A stretch of DNA of 64,000 nt. Origin: Actinomycetes bacterium. GTDB lineage: Bacteria > Actinomycetota > UBA4738 > HRBIN12. Below are positions 12,780 through 23,079 of this stretch, in pieces. The notes below the pieces were generated by a model. The model did not search any database. It was not told where the DNA came from and saw nothing but the letters and a program-made list of their open reading frames with translations. Both the position numbers and the translations under genes were made by a program. The stretch is taken from contig JAJNBA010000005.1 of NCBI GenBank assembly GCA_021155985.1, positions 61,855-125,854 on the forward strand, in the 5' to 3' direction. Within the stretch, counting starts at the first letter, position 1, and each line of letters opens with the position of its first letter.

Positions 12780-13674
12780 CGAACGCGACGGCCACGTCCC
12801 CGGCGAGCCCCGCGTTCGCCTCGAGCAACGCGAGGTTGGCCTCGAGGGAACGACCGCCCGTCTCCTCCCCGAGACACGTGAGCAGGAACGGCGTCAGGTC
12901 GCGACCGCGGATGCCCTCGCGTTCGGCCCGATCCTCGGACCGCCGTGCCGCGGCCTCGACCTCGACGGGGTCCATCGCGAGGGCGACGTCGATCGGGTTG
13001 CAGAGCAGGAGGGTCGATCGGGTGTCCAGTGCGATCGCGGCCTCGAGCGCCGCGGCAGCGTCCGCCGGCGTGTCCACGCGATGTTCCAGCAGGACGGTCG
13101 ACTCGCGCGCCAGGAAGAAGGGAAGGCGGTCGACGCCGTAGCCGAGAAGGCTCACGCCGAGCTCCTCGAGGCGTTCCGCGGTCAACAGCGGATCGACGAT
13201 CGACTTCGGTCCGCTGCACACCAGGAGTCCTGGCGTCCGCGACAGCTCCACGAGATCGGCGCTGACGTCCGGATGCGACCCGCGGTGCACGCCGCCGATG
13301 CCTCCCGTCGCGCTCACGGCGATCCCGGCGCGCGCGGCGGCCCAGATCGTCGCCGAGACGGTGGTCGCGCCGAGGCCGCCGCGGACGCACGCCGCGGGGA
13401 GGTCGCGCCGCGCGACCTTGTCGGCCCGCCCGGGCTCCGTGAAGGGATCGAGCTCGGCCTCGCTGAGCCCGACCACCACCTCGCCGCCGACCACCGCGAC
13501 CCAGGCGGGCAGGGCTCCCGCCCCGCGGATCGCGCCGGCCATCCGCTCGATGCACTCCACGTTGTCGGGATGCGGCAGTCCCTGGCCGATCACGCTGGTC
13601 TCGAGGCACACGACCGGCCTCGCGGTGACCACCGCGCGATCGACCTCCTCACCGAGCCGGATCCGCACGCTCAC
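12757..13674 (-). CDS. psuG: Pseudouridine-5'-phosphate glycosidase
   Basis: LETSVIGQGLP, ATTVSAT, TGGIGGVHRG, DVSADL, LTPFLL, SLEANLALL; GTGA overlap with upstream kinase stop. Confidence 0.9.
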   Translation of the reverse strand: MSVRIRLGEEVDRAVVTARPVVCLETSVIGQGLPHPDNVECIERMAGAIRGAGALPAWVAVVGGEVVVGLSEAELDPFTEPGRADKVARRDLPAACVRGGLGATTVSATIWAAARAGIAVSATGGIGGVHRGSHPDVSADLVELSRTPGLLVCSGPKSIVDPLLTAERLEELGVSLLGYGVDRLPFFLARESTVLLEHRVDTPADAAAALEAAIALDTRSTLLLCNPIDVALAMDPVEVEAAARRSEDRAEREGIRGRDLTPFLLTCLGEETGGRSLEANLALLEANAGLAGDVAVAFATGARSG

Positions 13675-14534
13675 GACGCCGACGGCCACACGGACGCACT
13701 CGCGGCGACCTCCGCTCCGGCCCGACAGGCGCGGTGGAGTGATGCCTCAGGGTCGATCCCCCGCGCGAGCGAGGCGAGGAGGACCCCGTCGAACGCATCC
13801 CCCGCCCCCGTGGGGTCTCGTTCGTCGATCGCGTCCGCCTGCGCCTCGAAGACCGACCCATCGACGACGAGCACGGCGCCGGAAGCTCCGCGCTTGACGG
13901 CGACCACACGATAGCGCTCACCGAGCTCGCGCGCCGCGTCGATCGGGCCCAGCGACGTCAGCGCCTCAGCCTCTCGCTCGTTCGCCAGGACGACGGATGC
14001 TCCGGACGCGAGCTCGTGGAACCTGTCGGGACCGATCGCCTCGACGAGGGGCCAGGTGGCGGCCTCCACCGCGATCCATCCGGCCCGTGACCGGCGGATC
14101 GCCTCGACCCCGGCTCGCTGCGCACCGTCCTGGAGGAGGAGGTAGCCGGACACCAGCACGGCCCCGGCGACGAGCTCCGGTGGGAGGTCATCGGGCCGGA
14201 GCCTGGCGTTCGCCCCGCGGTCCGCCACCATCGATCGCTCCCCCGCCTCGAACACGACCAGCATCGTGCCCGAGGGAGCATCCGGATCGTCCACGAGCGC
14301 CGCCTCGACGCCGCGGACCTCGAGCTCGGTGCGGAGCAGCCGTCCCACGAGGTCGCCCCCCACCCGGCCGTGGACGCGCGCCGTCGCGCCCGTCGCCGCG
14401 GCCCACACCGCGGCGTTGCCCGAGGTCCCCCCGGGCTGGAGGGCGACGCGCCCGTGAACGTCCCCGCCCCGGGCGAGCTCTCCTGCGTCGACGCGCACAT
14501 CCAGCATCACGTCGCCGACGCAGATCAGGTCCAT
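13671..14534 (-). CDS. PfkB-family carbohydrate kinase, probably pseudouridine kinase
   Basis: GGTSGNAA, NEREA, DPTGAGDAF; coupled to psuG. Confidence 0.85.
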   Translation of the reverse strand: MDLICVGDVMLDVRVDAGELARGGDVHGRVALQPGGTSGNAAVWAAATGATARVHGRVGGDLVGRLLRTELEVRGVEAALVDDPDAPSGTMLVVFEAGERSMVADRGANARLRPDDLPPELVAGAVLVSGYLLLQDGAQRAGVEAIRRSRAGWIAVEAATWPLVEAIGPDRFHELASGASVVLANEREAEALTSLGPIDAARELGERYRVVAVKRGASGAVLVVDGSVFEAQADAIDERDPTGAGDAFDGVLLASLARGIDPEASLHRACRAGAEVAASASVWPSAS

Positions 14535-14584
14535 CGCGCCGAGGGTACCGGGAGAGACAGCGACCCGCGTCAGGACCGGCGCCG

Positions 14585-15664
14585 TCAGGCGTCGGCGCCG
14601 GCGGCATCGGCCGCCCACGCGCCGAACGCTCCCCAGAAGGGATCGAGGCCGGGGTGGACGAGGGGCTCTTCGCGACCGTCCACGACGAGCCGATGCCCTT
14701 CCGCGCGTGGGATCAGTTCGCCCGCGATGGCGGCGTCGATCCCGGCGCCCGCGAGCAGCTCCACGAAGGCGTCGGCGCGCGCGGGCACGACGGTCGCGAT
14801 CAACGAGCCCTCGCTGATCGCGGTGTACGGGTCGATGCCGAGGTGCTCGCACACGGCGCGCACCTCCGGCCGGACCGGGATGCGGTCCCGATCCACACGG
14901 ATCCCGTTGCCGGACGCGATCGCCACTTCGAGCAGCCCACCGAGCACCCCGCCCTCGGTCGCGTCGTGCATCGACGTCACGCCGTCCTCGCGCAGGCCGA
15001 ACCCACGGGCGAGCACGGCCTCGGGAACCACCGTCATCGACTCGAAGAGGGAGTCGGCGGCGCGCAGCGTGTCCTTCCCGACGGCGGACCCCAGCCGATC
15101 GGGGAACGTGGCGGCGAACAGAGCGGTCGTCTCGATCGCCGCTCCCTTCGTCACCACGACGGCATCGCCCGCGCGCGCCATCGTCGGGGTGACGAACGCG
15201 TCGGCCGGCCCGAGCGCCAGGCAGGTCGCTCCCCCCACCATCGGCCACTCACACCCGTCGTAGCGACCCGTGTGGCCCGTCACCACCGCGATCCCGAGGT
15301 CCTCGCACGCGCCGTGGAACGCGTCCCATAGGAGGGTGAGCTCCTCGTCGGAGATCGAGGGCGGCAGGTTCAGGTCGACGGACATCCAGCGAAGCGGCAG
15401 GCCGCTCGTGGACGCGTCGGACGCGAGGATGTGGACGGCGAACCATGCGGCCCGCTCCCACCCGTACGCCGGCACCACGAAGACGGGATCGGCAGTGAGC
15501 GCCATGGCGACGCCGTCGGCCACGCGGACCACGCCCACGTCGACGCCGTGCTGGGGACCGACGAGCACGTCCTCGTCACGGGCACCGAGTCGTCGCAGGA
15601 TGACCTGCTCGAACAGCTCGGGCGTGGCCTTCCCGGTCCGCTGCTCGCGCGGTGGTGCGCTCAT
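14585..15664 (-). CDS. AIR synthase-related protein (PurM/HypE/ThiL superfamily)
   Basis: ADPVF, SD, GGHT-like GHTG, MHDATEGGVLGG, ISEGSL; ATGA overlap with thiE. Confidence 0.85.
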   Translation of the reverse strand: MSAPPREQRTGKATPELFEQVILRRLGARDEDVLVGPQHGVDVGVVRVADGVAMALTADPVFVVPAYGWERAAWFAVHILASDASTSGLPLRWMSVDLNLPPSISDEELTLLWDAFHGACEDLGIAVVTGHTGRYDGCEWPMVGGATCLALGPADAFVTPTMARAGDAVVVTKGAAIETTALFAATFPDRLGSAVGKDTLRAADSLFESMTVVPEAVLARGFGLREDGVTSMHDATEGGVLGGLLEVAIASGNGIRVDRDRIPVRPEVRAVCEHLGIDPYTAISEGSLIATVVPARADAFVELLAGAGIDAAIAGELIPRAEGHRLVVDGREEPLVHPGLDPFWGAFGAWAADAAGADA

Positions 15665-16308
15665 GCCCGACGGTCCTCGTAGCTGTCATCCACCACGGCC
15701 CGCAGCTCCCGGACGGCCACGGTCGGATCATCGGCGGTCGCGACGGCGCCGATCACCGCGATCCCCGCCGCCCCTGCCACGAGGACGTCCCGAGCGTTAC
15801 GCGCGTCGATCCCGCCGATGCCGACGACCGGCAGCGCGGTCACTCCGACCACCGTCCGGACGCCTTCGAGTCCCATCGCGATCGCCTCGGGCTTCGTGGA
15901 GGTCTCCCACACGGTCACGCCGAGGTAGTCGGCGCCGGCGGCCTCCGCGGCCCGGGCCTCCTCGACGCTCCCGACGCTCACGCCGAGGATCCGTTCCGGG
16001 CCGAGCCGTCCCCGTACCGCGTGCACGTCCTCGTCCTGTCCGATGTGCGCCCCGGCGGCGTCGCAGCGGATCGCCACCTCCACCCGGTCGTTCACGAGGA
16101 ACAGGACGCCCGCCTCTCCGCAGCTCCTCGCGAGGACCGCCGCGAGCGGCAGCAGGCGGTCGTCGGAGAGCTCCGGAGCACGAAGCTGGACCGCGGTGGC
16201 GCCGCCTTCCACCGCCGCCGTCGCGATCTCGCCGTGCGCGCGACCGGAGACGAGGGTCCCGGTCGTCACGACGTACAGGTCGAGCGCTCTGGGCTCGAGT
16301 CTCGCCAT
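15661..16308 (-). CDS. thiE: Thiamine phosphate synthase
   Basis: LYVVT, VQLR, VNDRV, HIGQDE, ADYLG, TSTK, PVVGIGGI; downstream of TPP riboswitch. Confidence 0.93.
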   Translation of the reverse strand: MARLEPRALDLYVVTTGTLVSGRAHGEIATAAVEGGATAVQLRAPELSDDRLLPLAAVLARSCGEAGVLFLVNDRVEVAIRCDAAGAHIGQDEDVHAVRGRLGPERILGVSVGSVEEARAAEAAGADYLGVTVWETSTKPEAIAMGLEGVRTVVGVTALPVVGIGGIDARNARDVLVAGAAGIAVIGAVATADDPTVAVRELRAVVDDSYEDRRA

Positions 16309-16402
16309 CGCTCCCTCCGCCGGCATTGCCCGGTTCAGGTCCTGCGGGTCGCGGGGCGGTCCCCGCCTCTCAGCCCGGCCGTGTCCGAGCTCCCCGAGTG
16401 GT
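16309..16402 (-). ncRNA. TPP (THI-box) riboswitch
   Basis: Minus strand CACTCGGGGAGC...GCTGAGAGG...GACCCGCAGGACCTGAACCGGGCAATGCCGGCGGAGGGAG ends immediately before the thiE ATG. Confidence 0.93.
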
Positions 16403-16421
16403 CGGTCGCAGGATACCCGTG

Positions 16422-17156
16422 TCAGACGGCGACGCGCCGCCGCGCCCGGCCGATCTCCAGCTCGCGTCGCACCTTCTTCCAATCGCTGGCCTTCGTGCTG
16501 AAGAGCACGTCGGTGACGATCTGGAACAGACCCAACGCGAGCAGGACGACCACCGTCCACCCGGGCGCGCCGGTCGCGGGCGCGAGCGCGAGCGCGAGGA
16601 AGGGCGCCAGCTTCGTCGCGACCGCCCCCGACGCGTGCATCCACGCACGACCGGTCGGCGTGGCGCGCAGGTAGGTCGCGTAGTCGGTCTTCAGCCCGGG
16701 CAACGGCGGCGGCGGGATCACGAAGAAGTAGCGCCGGAACCGGATCCCCACGAGTCGTCCCACGACGTAGTGCGCGGACGAGTGGAGCCCGACCATCCAC
16801 GCCAGCGCCGCCACGAGCAAGGCGACGCCGACCGCGGTCCGTGACTCGGAGGAGGTATCGATCGCGAAGAGGACCGCGGCCCAGGCCGCCAGCACGCCCA
16901 CCGCGATCGTGGCGGCCAAGAGTGCGTTCCCGAGCCAGAGCGGCACCCGATGAGGGAACCGGGCATCGAACGCCCTCGCGTCGATCCGGCCCACCTGGTC
17001 GGCGTACCGATGGATCAGCTCGTCGTCGCGCTTGATCAGACCGACCATCCGCCAGAAGCCGAGCCGGCGAAGATCGATGTCCCCCGCATCGACCGCCGCC
17101 TCGATCCGGTCGAGCTCTGCTCCGAGTCCCCCCGAGGGACTTCCCCCAGCTTCCAC
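16422..17156 (-). CDS. Hypothetical membrane protein
   Basis: GGAGG RBS then GTG; helical N-terminus plus about 4 TMs; HxxxH (HSSAH) in a TM. Confidence 0.7.
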   Translation of the reverse strand: MEAGGSPSGGLGAELDRIEAAVDAGDIDLRRLGFWRMVGLIKRDDELIHRYADQVGRIDARAFDARFPHRVPLWLGNALLAATIAVGVLAAWAAVLFAIDTSSESRTAVGVALLVAALAWMVGLHSSAHYVVGRLVGIRFRRYFFVIPPPPLPGLKTDYATYLRATPTGRAWMHASGAVATKLAPFLALALAPATGAPGWTVVVLLALGLFQIVTDVLFSTKASDWKKVRRELEIGRARRRVAV

Positions 17157-17238
17157 GGTTGCCTCCAGGTCCGGCGGTACGATGCGCCGGACGCGCTCCG
17201 ACCCTGCCCTCGAGCGCTTCCCTAGGGAGGAGAGCACC

Positions 17239-19043
17239 ATCGCAAGGAGTATCACGCAGCCGGCGCCCCCGCACGGCGGAGGGCATGCATTCGTCACGCT
17301 CGACGGCCGCGCGAGGTCGCGATCAAGGTCCTTCACCGTTCCCTCGCAGGTGATCCTGCCTTCGTCGATCGGTTCCGCCGCGAGGCCCGCGCCGCGGCCA
17401 GCCTCTCTCACCCGAACATCGTCGCCGTCTACGACTGGGGCGCCGTCGACGGCGTCTACTACATGGTCATGGAGTACGTGCGAGGCCCGAGCGTCCGGCA
17501 CCTGCTGAACGAGCAAGGACGGATGGAGCCGGCCCAGGCCGCGGAGATCCTCCGCCAATCGCTCCTCGCGCTCGGGCACGCTCACCGCGAGGGCTTCGTC
17601 CATCGAGACATGAAGCCCGAGAACCTCCTCGTGACGCAGGAAGGCGTGGTCAAGGTCGCCGACTTCGGGCTCGCTCGAGCGTACGCCGACGGCCGCGTGA
17701 CGCAGGCCGGGGCGGTCACCGGCACGGTGCAGTATCTGGCGCCAGAGCAGATCCGCGGCGAGCCGGCCGATCCGCGAAGCGACCTCTACTCCCTCGGCAT
17801 CGTGGCCTACGAGCTCCTGACCGGGAAGCTCCCGTTCACCGGCGAGACCGCGATGGCCGTGGCCTACAAGCACCTCTCGGACCGCGTCCCCGCTCCCTCG
17901 TCCGTCCTGCCGGACCTGCCGGCCGAGCTGGACGGCTTCGTGGCTGCCGCGACCGATCGCGACCGAGAGCTCCGGCCCGAGTCCGCCGACGTGATGCGGA
18001 TGGACCTCGATGTGCTCTCGCACCAGCTCCCCCCGGCCCGGAAGCTCTCCACGATCGTTCGGGAGATCCCGTCCGTGACGGTGGAGGGAGGAGAGACGAC
18101 CGAGGTGGGGGTGAGGCTCGAGACCTCGGTCCCCCGCATGGAGCGCCATCGGAAGCGCCGGAGGTTCGTCAAGAGGGTCCTCGGCGCGGTCGCGCTGGTG
18201 GCGCTGTTGACGGCGGCCGCGTGGGGCACGTGGACGTACGCGATCCCGCACACGGCCGTGATCCCCGCGCTCGTCGGTGAGACCGTCGAGAACGCGACGG
18301 ATCGGCTCACGAGCCTCGGGTTCGACGTCACGCGGGCTCCCGGTGAGTACTCGATGCAGGTTCCCGACGGCCACGTGAAGCAGATCCAGCCGGCCGCCGG
18401 CGCGGAGCGCGATGTCGGCACCACCATCACGATCGTCCCGTCGCTCGGACCGCCGCCGGTGGACGTTCCCAGGGTGCGAGGAGAGCTCCTCCCGGACGCG
18501 CGCGAGGCGATCGCGGGGGCGGGCTTGCACGTGGCGGCCGTCAGACATCGGTTCGATCGGGAGGTGCCCGAGGGTCACGTGATCGGCGTGCAGCCCGACG
18601 CCCCGAGGCTCCCCCGGGGGACGTCGGTCACGGTGATCGTCAGCGACGGCCCGAAGCCGGTGGCGATCCCCGACGTCGGCGGCATGACGGAAGACAGGGC
18701 GGTCGATGCGCTCACCGCGAAGGACTTCGAGGTCGTGATCGAGGAGGACTTCTCGAACAAGGTCGCGCGCGGACGAGCCCTGGGAACCGATCCGGCGAGC
18801 GGGACCGAGCTCCAGCCCGGTGAGACGATCGTGTTGCGGGTCTCGCTCGGGCCCGAGTTCTTCGCCAGTCCCGACTTCGGCGGCATGACGGTCGACGACG
18901 CGCGCGGGCTCGCGGATAGCGTCGGGCTGGAACTCACCGCGCTCCCGGTCCCCGGCAGCAGTGGCGGCTCCATCGTGAGCCAGCTCCCGCCCGCCGGCAC
19001 GCGGGTTCGCCACGGCTCCACGATCACCGTCTACTACGCGTGA
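17239..19043 (+). CDS. Stk1/PknB-type PASTA-domain Ser/Thr kinase, N-terminus disrupted near 17310
   Basis: VAIK, HPNIVAVYD, HRDMKPEN, DFG, APE, TM, PASTA repeats; TLDGR joins REVAIK out of frame with the Gly-rich loop missing; start uncertain. Confidence 0.85.
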
Positions 19044-19879
19044 TCCTGGGCGCCCACGTCCGGCGCAGGCACACCGGCATCGAGGGAGCGATCGAGGAAG
19101 CCGAGCTCCGGGGCGCCGACTGCCTCCAGATCTTCGTCTCCAACCCGCGGGCGTGGGCCGCTCCCCGGTACGACGGACCGCAGGTCGGGCGGTTCCTCGA
19201 TGCCCTCACGGCGAGCGGCCTGCGGCCGTGTGTGGCGCATCTGTCCTATGTAGGCAACGTCGCGTCCTGGGATCCCACGACGCTCCAGCGCACCCGGGAG
19301 CTCCTCCTCGGAACCGTGCACGCGTGCGACGCGCTGGGGGTGGATCTCTTGGTCGTCCATGCCGGAGCCGGCGGGCCGCAGGATCGTGATACGGCGTTGG
19401 GAGCAGCAGTGGAGAGCTTCCGGCTGGCGGTGAGCGAAGCCGACCGCACGCGGGTGGTGGTCGAGCTGATGGCCGGCACCAGCGGTGCCGTCGCCTCCGT
19501 GCCGAGCGAAGCCGAGGAGCTGTGCACGGCGGTGGACGATGAGCGACTCGGCATCTGCCTCGACACCGCGCACCTGTTCGCGGCCGGCGTTCCCCTCGAC
19601 GTCGCCGACGGCGTGGAGGGGCTCGCCCAGGAGCTTCGCGCTCGCGCGCTCGACCACCGTCTGGCCCTGGTCCACGCGAACGACTCGGTCTTCGAGCGTG
19701 GCGCCCGCCGCGATCGTCATGCCGACATCGGCGACGGGCAGATCGGTGAGGAGGGCTGGCGGGCGCTGGCGAACGATCCCGTGCTCGGCTCGGTTCCCTG
19801 GATGCTCGAGACGCCCGGAGATGCCGATCGCCAACGGAGGGACATCGCCCACCTGCGGCGCCTCGCGGCTCCGGATTAG
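19040..19879 (+). CDS. nfo: Endonuclease IV
   Basis: GAHV, QIFVSNPR, HLSY, ELMAG, CLDTAH, HANDS, DRHADIG, LETP. Confidence 0.9.
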   Translation: MILGAHVRRRHTGIEGAIEEAELRGADCLQIFVSNPRAWAAPRYDGPQVGRFLDALTASGLRPCVAHLSYVGNVASWDPTTLQRTRELLLGTVHACDALGVDLLVVHAGAGGPQDRDTALGAAVESFRLAVSEADRTRVVVELMAGTSGAVASVPSEAEELCTAVDDERLGICLDTAHLFAAGVPLDVADGVEGLAQELRARALDHRLALVHANDSVFERGARRDRHADIGDGQIGEEGWRALANDPVLGSVPWMLETPGDADRQRRDIAHLRRLAAPD

Positions 19880-19899
19880 ACTCCGCGCCGGGAGGAGGA

Positions 19900-20154
19900 G
19901 TGCTTGTGGACGACGCTTCCGATCGGCTCCTGCGGGTCATCGAGGAGTACGAACGAGTGGCCGAGTCGGTCACCCCCGACGACGCGATCCGCACCTTCGA
20001 CGAGACGACCCTGCAGCTCTTCTGGCAACGCTGGCCGCACGTGAGCTCGTGGGGTGGCGCGCTCTGGCGTCAGCTGAACGACGACCTGGCCGATCCCGCC
20101 ACCCCGGCCGGGGATCTCGAGACCCATGAGGTCGGCGGCGAGGGCGGCGGTTGA
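19900..20154 (+). CDS. Small hypothetical protein
   Basis: GGAGGAGG RBS, acidic 84-aa ORF in the same direction as its neighbours. Confidence 0.7.
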   Translation: MLVDDASDRLLRVIEEYERVAESVTPDDAIRTFDETTLQLFWQRWPHVSSWGGALWRQLNDDLADPATPAGDLETHEVGGEGGG

Positions 20155-20175
20155 GATGGAGCCTGAGGAGCGGAC

Positions 20176-20559
20176 ATGGCCACGCTGAGGGAGATCATGA
20201 CGCCGGAGGTGTTCTCGACCACGCCGAGCACACCCGTCGCGGACGTCGCGGCCAGCATGCTGAAGGGGCGCTTCGGATCGGCGCTGGTGATGGAGGGATC
20301 CACGTTGATGGGGATCTTCACGGAACGCGACGTGCTCCGCGCCGCCGCCGCGCGCGCCGACCTGACCTCGACGCGCGTCGTCGACTGGATGACCGGGGAT
20401 CCGGTCACCGCGAGACCCGACATGGAGACCGGTGAAGCCACCGAGATCATGATGAGTCAAGGCTTCCGCCATCTGCCGGTGGTGGACGGGACGACCATCG
20501 CGGGCATCGTGAGCTTCCGGGACATCCTGAGGACCCGCATCCGGCGCGTCACACCGTGA
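20176..20559 (+). CDS. CBS domain protein
   Basis: GIFTERD, FRHLPVV, GIVSFRD. Confidence 0.9.
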   Translation: MATLREIMTPEVFSTTPSTPVADVAASMLKGRFGSALVMEGSTLMGIFTERDVLRAAAARADLTSTRVVDWMTGDPVTARPDMETGEATEIMMSQGFRHLPVVDGTTIAGIVSFRDILRTRIRRVTP

Positions 20560-20617
20560 CGGGGTCCGAGGGTGGAACGGCGACCTTCGACGTCAGGTCC
20601 GCGCGTTCGCCGACCAC

Positions 20618-22459
20618 GTGATCGAAGGGATCGAGCGAGCGCGCTGGGGGAGCCAGCGCACGAGGAAGCTCTGGTTCGAGATCCTGGTCGCGGTGGTCCT
20701 CCCCGCGGGGATCATCGCGGCGATCTACCTGGTCCCGTTCGTCGCCGACCCCTCGACGATGCCGTTCGGCGTCGACACGTCCACCTACATCTGGCGGACC
20801 AACGTGGTCCACGATCTCGGGATCGCGTCCCTCAACCCGGACGAGACGAACGCCCCCAAGCCGCTGGGCGATCGCCCCGGATACCCTCTCGTGCTGAGCC
20901 TCCTTCGATCGACGACGGGCCTCTCGTCCTTGTCGCTGATGTGGCTGGCGCCGGCTCTGTTCTCGGCCGCGCTGGGTCTGGCGACCGGCTCACTCGCCTC
21001 TGATGGGGCGCTGGAGCGACGTGCTCGCTCCGGTGCCATCGCCGTCGCGGTCGGTGGCTCGGCGTTCGTCGCATGGACCGCCGTCGGCTACGCCGCGAAT
21101 CTCGCTCTCGATGTGGTCGCGATGGCGGCCGCGGTCATGACGCTCGAGGTCGCCCGTGGTCGCCGCGGTGTCTGGGCCGGAGCCGTCCTCGTCGTCGGAG
21201 CGGTCCTCCTGCATTGGATGTTCGCGCTCCTGTTCGTCGCGATCCTCGCGGTGACGGCGGTCATCCGCTCCGTCCGCCTCGGTGATGAAGAGGATCGATC
21301 GCCACGCGTGGCCCTCGGCAGGCTCGCCAGGATGCTCGCGATCGGCACGGTGGTCGGCGTGATCGGTCTCCTGCTCCTGGCGCCGCAGCGCCCCTCACGT
21401 CTGCCCGAGGTCGATCCCGCCCGCCCGGGTCCGGCGGGGAGGGTCGAGTTGCGCCTCCCCGCCCTCGCCCTTCCGGTCACGATCCCGCTCGCCGCCCTCG
21501 GATCGGCACTCCTCGTCTCCGATCGGAGGCGCCGGAGTGCCGGGGTTCTCCTGGGCATCTGGGCGTCCCTCGGGGTCATCAGCATCGTGGCCTGGTTCCT
21601 CCTCGAGCTGCCACTCCCTCCCTACCGTTGGGCCGGATTCGCACTCGGGATCCCGATCGCGCTCGTGCTCGGAGCGTTCGCTGCCGGCGACCTCCTCGAA
21701 CGACGCGGTCGGCGCCTCCTCGCCTCCCTCGCCATCGCGGGAGCCCTGGCGGCGACGATCGGCCTCGTGGGAGCGGGCGCATCCGTGTGGTGGAGCCGAG
21801 AGCCGACCCTGGAAGCGGATGAGTTCGGGCAGCTCCGCACGCTCTCGTCCTACGTCGGATCGCTGCCGCCGCAGACGAGGATCGTGATCCTCATCGAGGC
21901 GTACCGGGAACGGGCTCCCTTCAACCGTGCGTGGACGGTGTTGCCGGCAGATCGACTGCGCTTCATCACGATGATCCCTGCGAGGATCGACGAGCACGCC
22001 CCCGATCTCGGACTCCCACCCGCCGCCCGCGAGCGGGCGGGGACCGTCGTGGTGTCTCTGGATGCCTACCGGGAACCGCCGGGCGTCGGACGCTCCCTCG
22101 GCCCGGGCGTCCACCTCATCTTCGGTCCCGATCCCGAGGGGATCCAGGTCGGACAGCCGCCACGGGCACCACCTCCGATCCATCTGGCCGCGTCGGTGGT
22201 GGTCCTCCTCGCACTCTTGGCCTTCAGCGGCGGGGGGTGGGCGTCCCTCACCGATCTGCCCGGTATCGGCGTCATGTCCGTGGCCCCGGCGTTCGGCGTG
22301 GGGATCCTGACATCGGTCGGGCTCCTGGCTAGCCGCGCCGGCGTCCCGCTCCACCCACCGTGGGGGACGGTCCTCGTCGCGGCCGTGGGGATCGCCGGGT
22401 GGGTGATGGCCTTCGTGCAACGAGGCCGCCCGCGTGTGGGCGAGGACCGGTCGGGCTAG
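20618..22459 (+). CDS. Polytopic membrane protein, putative GT-C-fold, paralog of 8618-10522
   Basis: GVDTSTYIWRT, DRPGYP, HWMFALLF, APAFGV shared with the paralog; start uncertain. Confidence 0.55.
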   Translation: MIEGIERARWGSQRTRKLWFEILVAVVLPAGIIAAIYLVPFVADPSTMPFGVDTSTYIWRTNVVHDLGIASLNPDETNAPKPLGDRPGYPLVLSLLRSTTGLSSLSLMWLAPALFSAALGLATGSLASDGALERRARSGAIAVAVGGSAFVAWTAVGYAANLALDVVAMAAAVMTLEVARGRRGVWAGAVLVVGAVLLHWMFALLFVAILAVTAVIRSVRLGDEEDRSPRVALGRLARMLAIGTVVGVIGLLLLAPQRPSRLPEVDPARPGPAGRVELRLPALALPVTIPLAALGSALLVSDRRRRSAGVLLGIWASLGVISIVAWFLLELPLPPYRWAGFALGIPIALVLGAFAAGDLLERRGRRLLASLAIAGALAATIGLVGAGASVWWSREPTLEADEFGQLRTLSSYVGSLPPQTRIVILIEAYRERAPFNRAWTVLPADRLRFITMIPARIDEHAPDLGLPPAARERAGTVVVSLDAYREPPGVGRSLGPGVHLIFGPDPEGIQVGQPPRAPPPIHLAASVVVLLALLAFSGGGWASLTDLPGIGVMSVAPAFGVGILTSVGLLASRAGVPLHPPWGTVLVAAVGIAGWVMAFVQRGRPRVGEDRSG

Positions 22460-23079
22460 GGCTCCAACTCCGCCCGTGCACCCTCTTGGTAGGAGTACCG
22501 CTCCTCGCCGAACGGCTCGGCGTGGATGTGATACCCGCGGACCTCCCAGAAGCCCCGCTTGTTCTCGTCGACGAACTCGAGCCCCGTGAGCCATTTCGCG
22601 CTCTTCCAGGCGTACCGCTTCGGCACGACGAGCCGGAGCGGCCACCCGTGCTCCGGCTCGAGATCCTGTCCCCCGTTCGCCCACGCGACCAGGACGTCCT
22701 CGTCGCTCATCGCCTCGAGGGAGAGGTTCGACGTGTAGCCGTACTCGCAGTGGGCGATCACCCACTTCGCCTCCGGCGTGGGCTTCACCAGCTCGAGCAG
22801 CGTCCGGAACGAGACCCCGTGCCAGGAGTTGTCCAGCGTCGTCCATCCGGTCACGCAGTGCATGTCGGCCGGCACGTCGGCGTTCGGCAGGGCGCGGAGC
22901 TCCTGGTAGGAGAGCGTCACGGGGTTCTCCACCAGTCCGGCGAGCTCCAGGTCCCAGTTCGTCCCGTCGAAGGTCGGGATCGGCCCGTAGTGCAGCACCG
23001 GCCAGGTCTTCACCAACCGCTGCCCCGGCGGGATGCGCGCGGCGATCTCCGGCGGATAGTTCTTCGAGAACAGGGCCAT
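22456..23079 (-). CDS. Sulfite oxidase-like molybdopterin oxidoreductase
   Basis: RIPPGQ, DMHCVTGW, EHGWPLRLVVP, YAWKSAKW, GFWE. Confidence 0.9.
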   Translation of the reverse strand: MALFSKNYPPEIAARIPPGQRLVKTWPVLHYGPIPTFDGTNWDLELAGLVENPVTLSYQELRALPNADVPADMHCVTGWTTLDNSWHGVSFRTLLELVKPTPEAKWVIAHCEYGYTSNLSLEAMSDEDVLVAWANGGQDLEPEHGWPLRLVVPKRYAWKSAKWLTGLEFVDENKRGFWEVRGYHIHAEPFGEERYSYQEGARAELEP

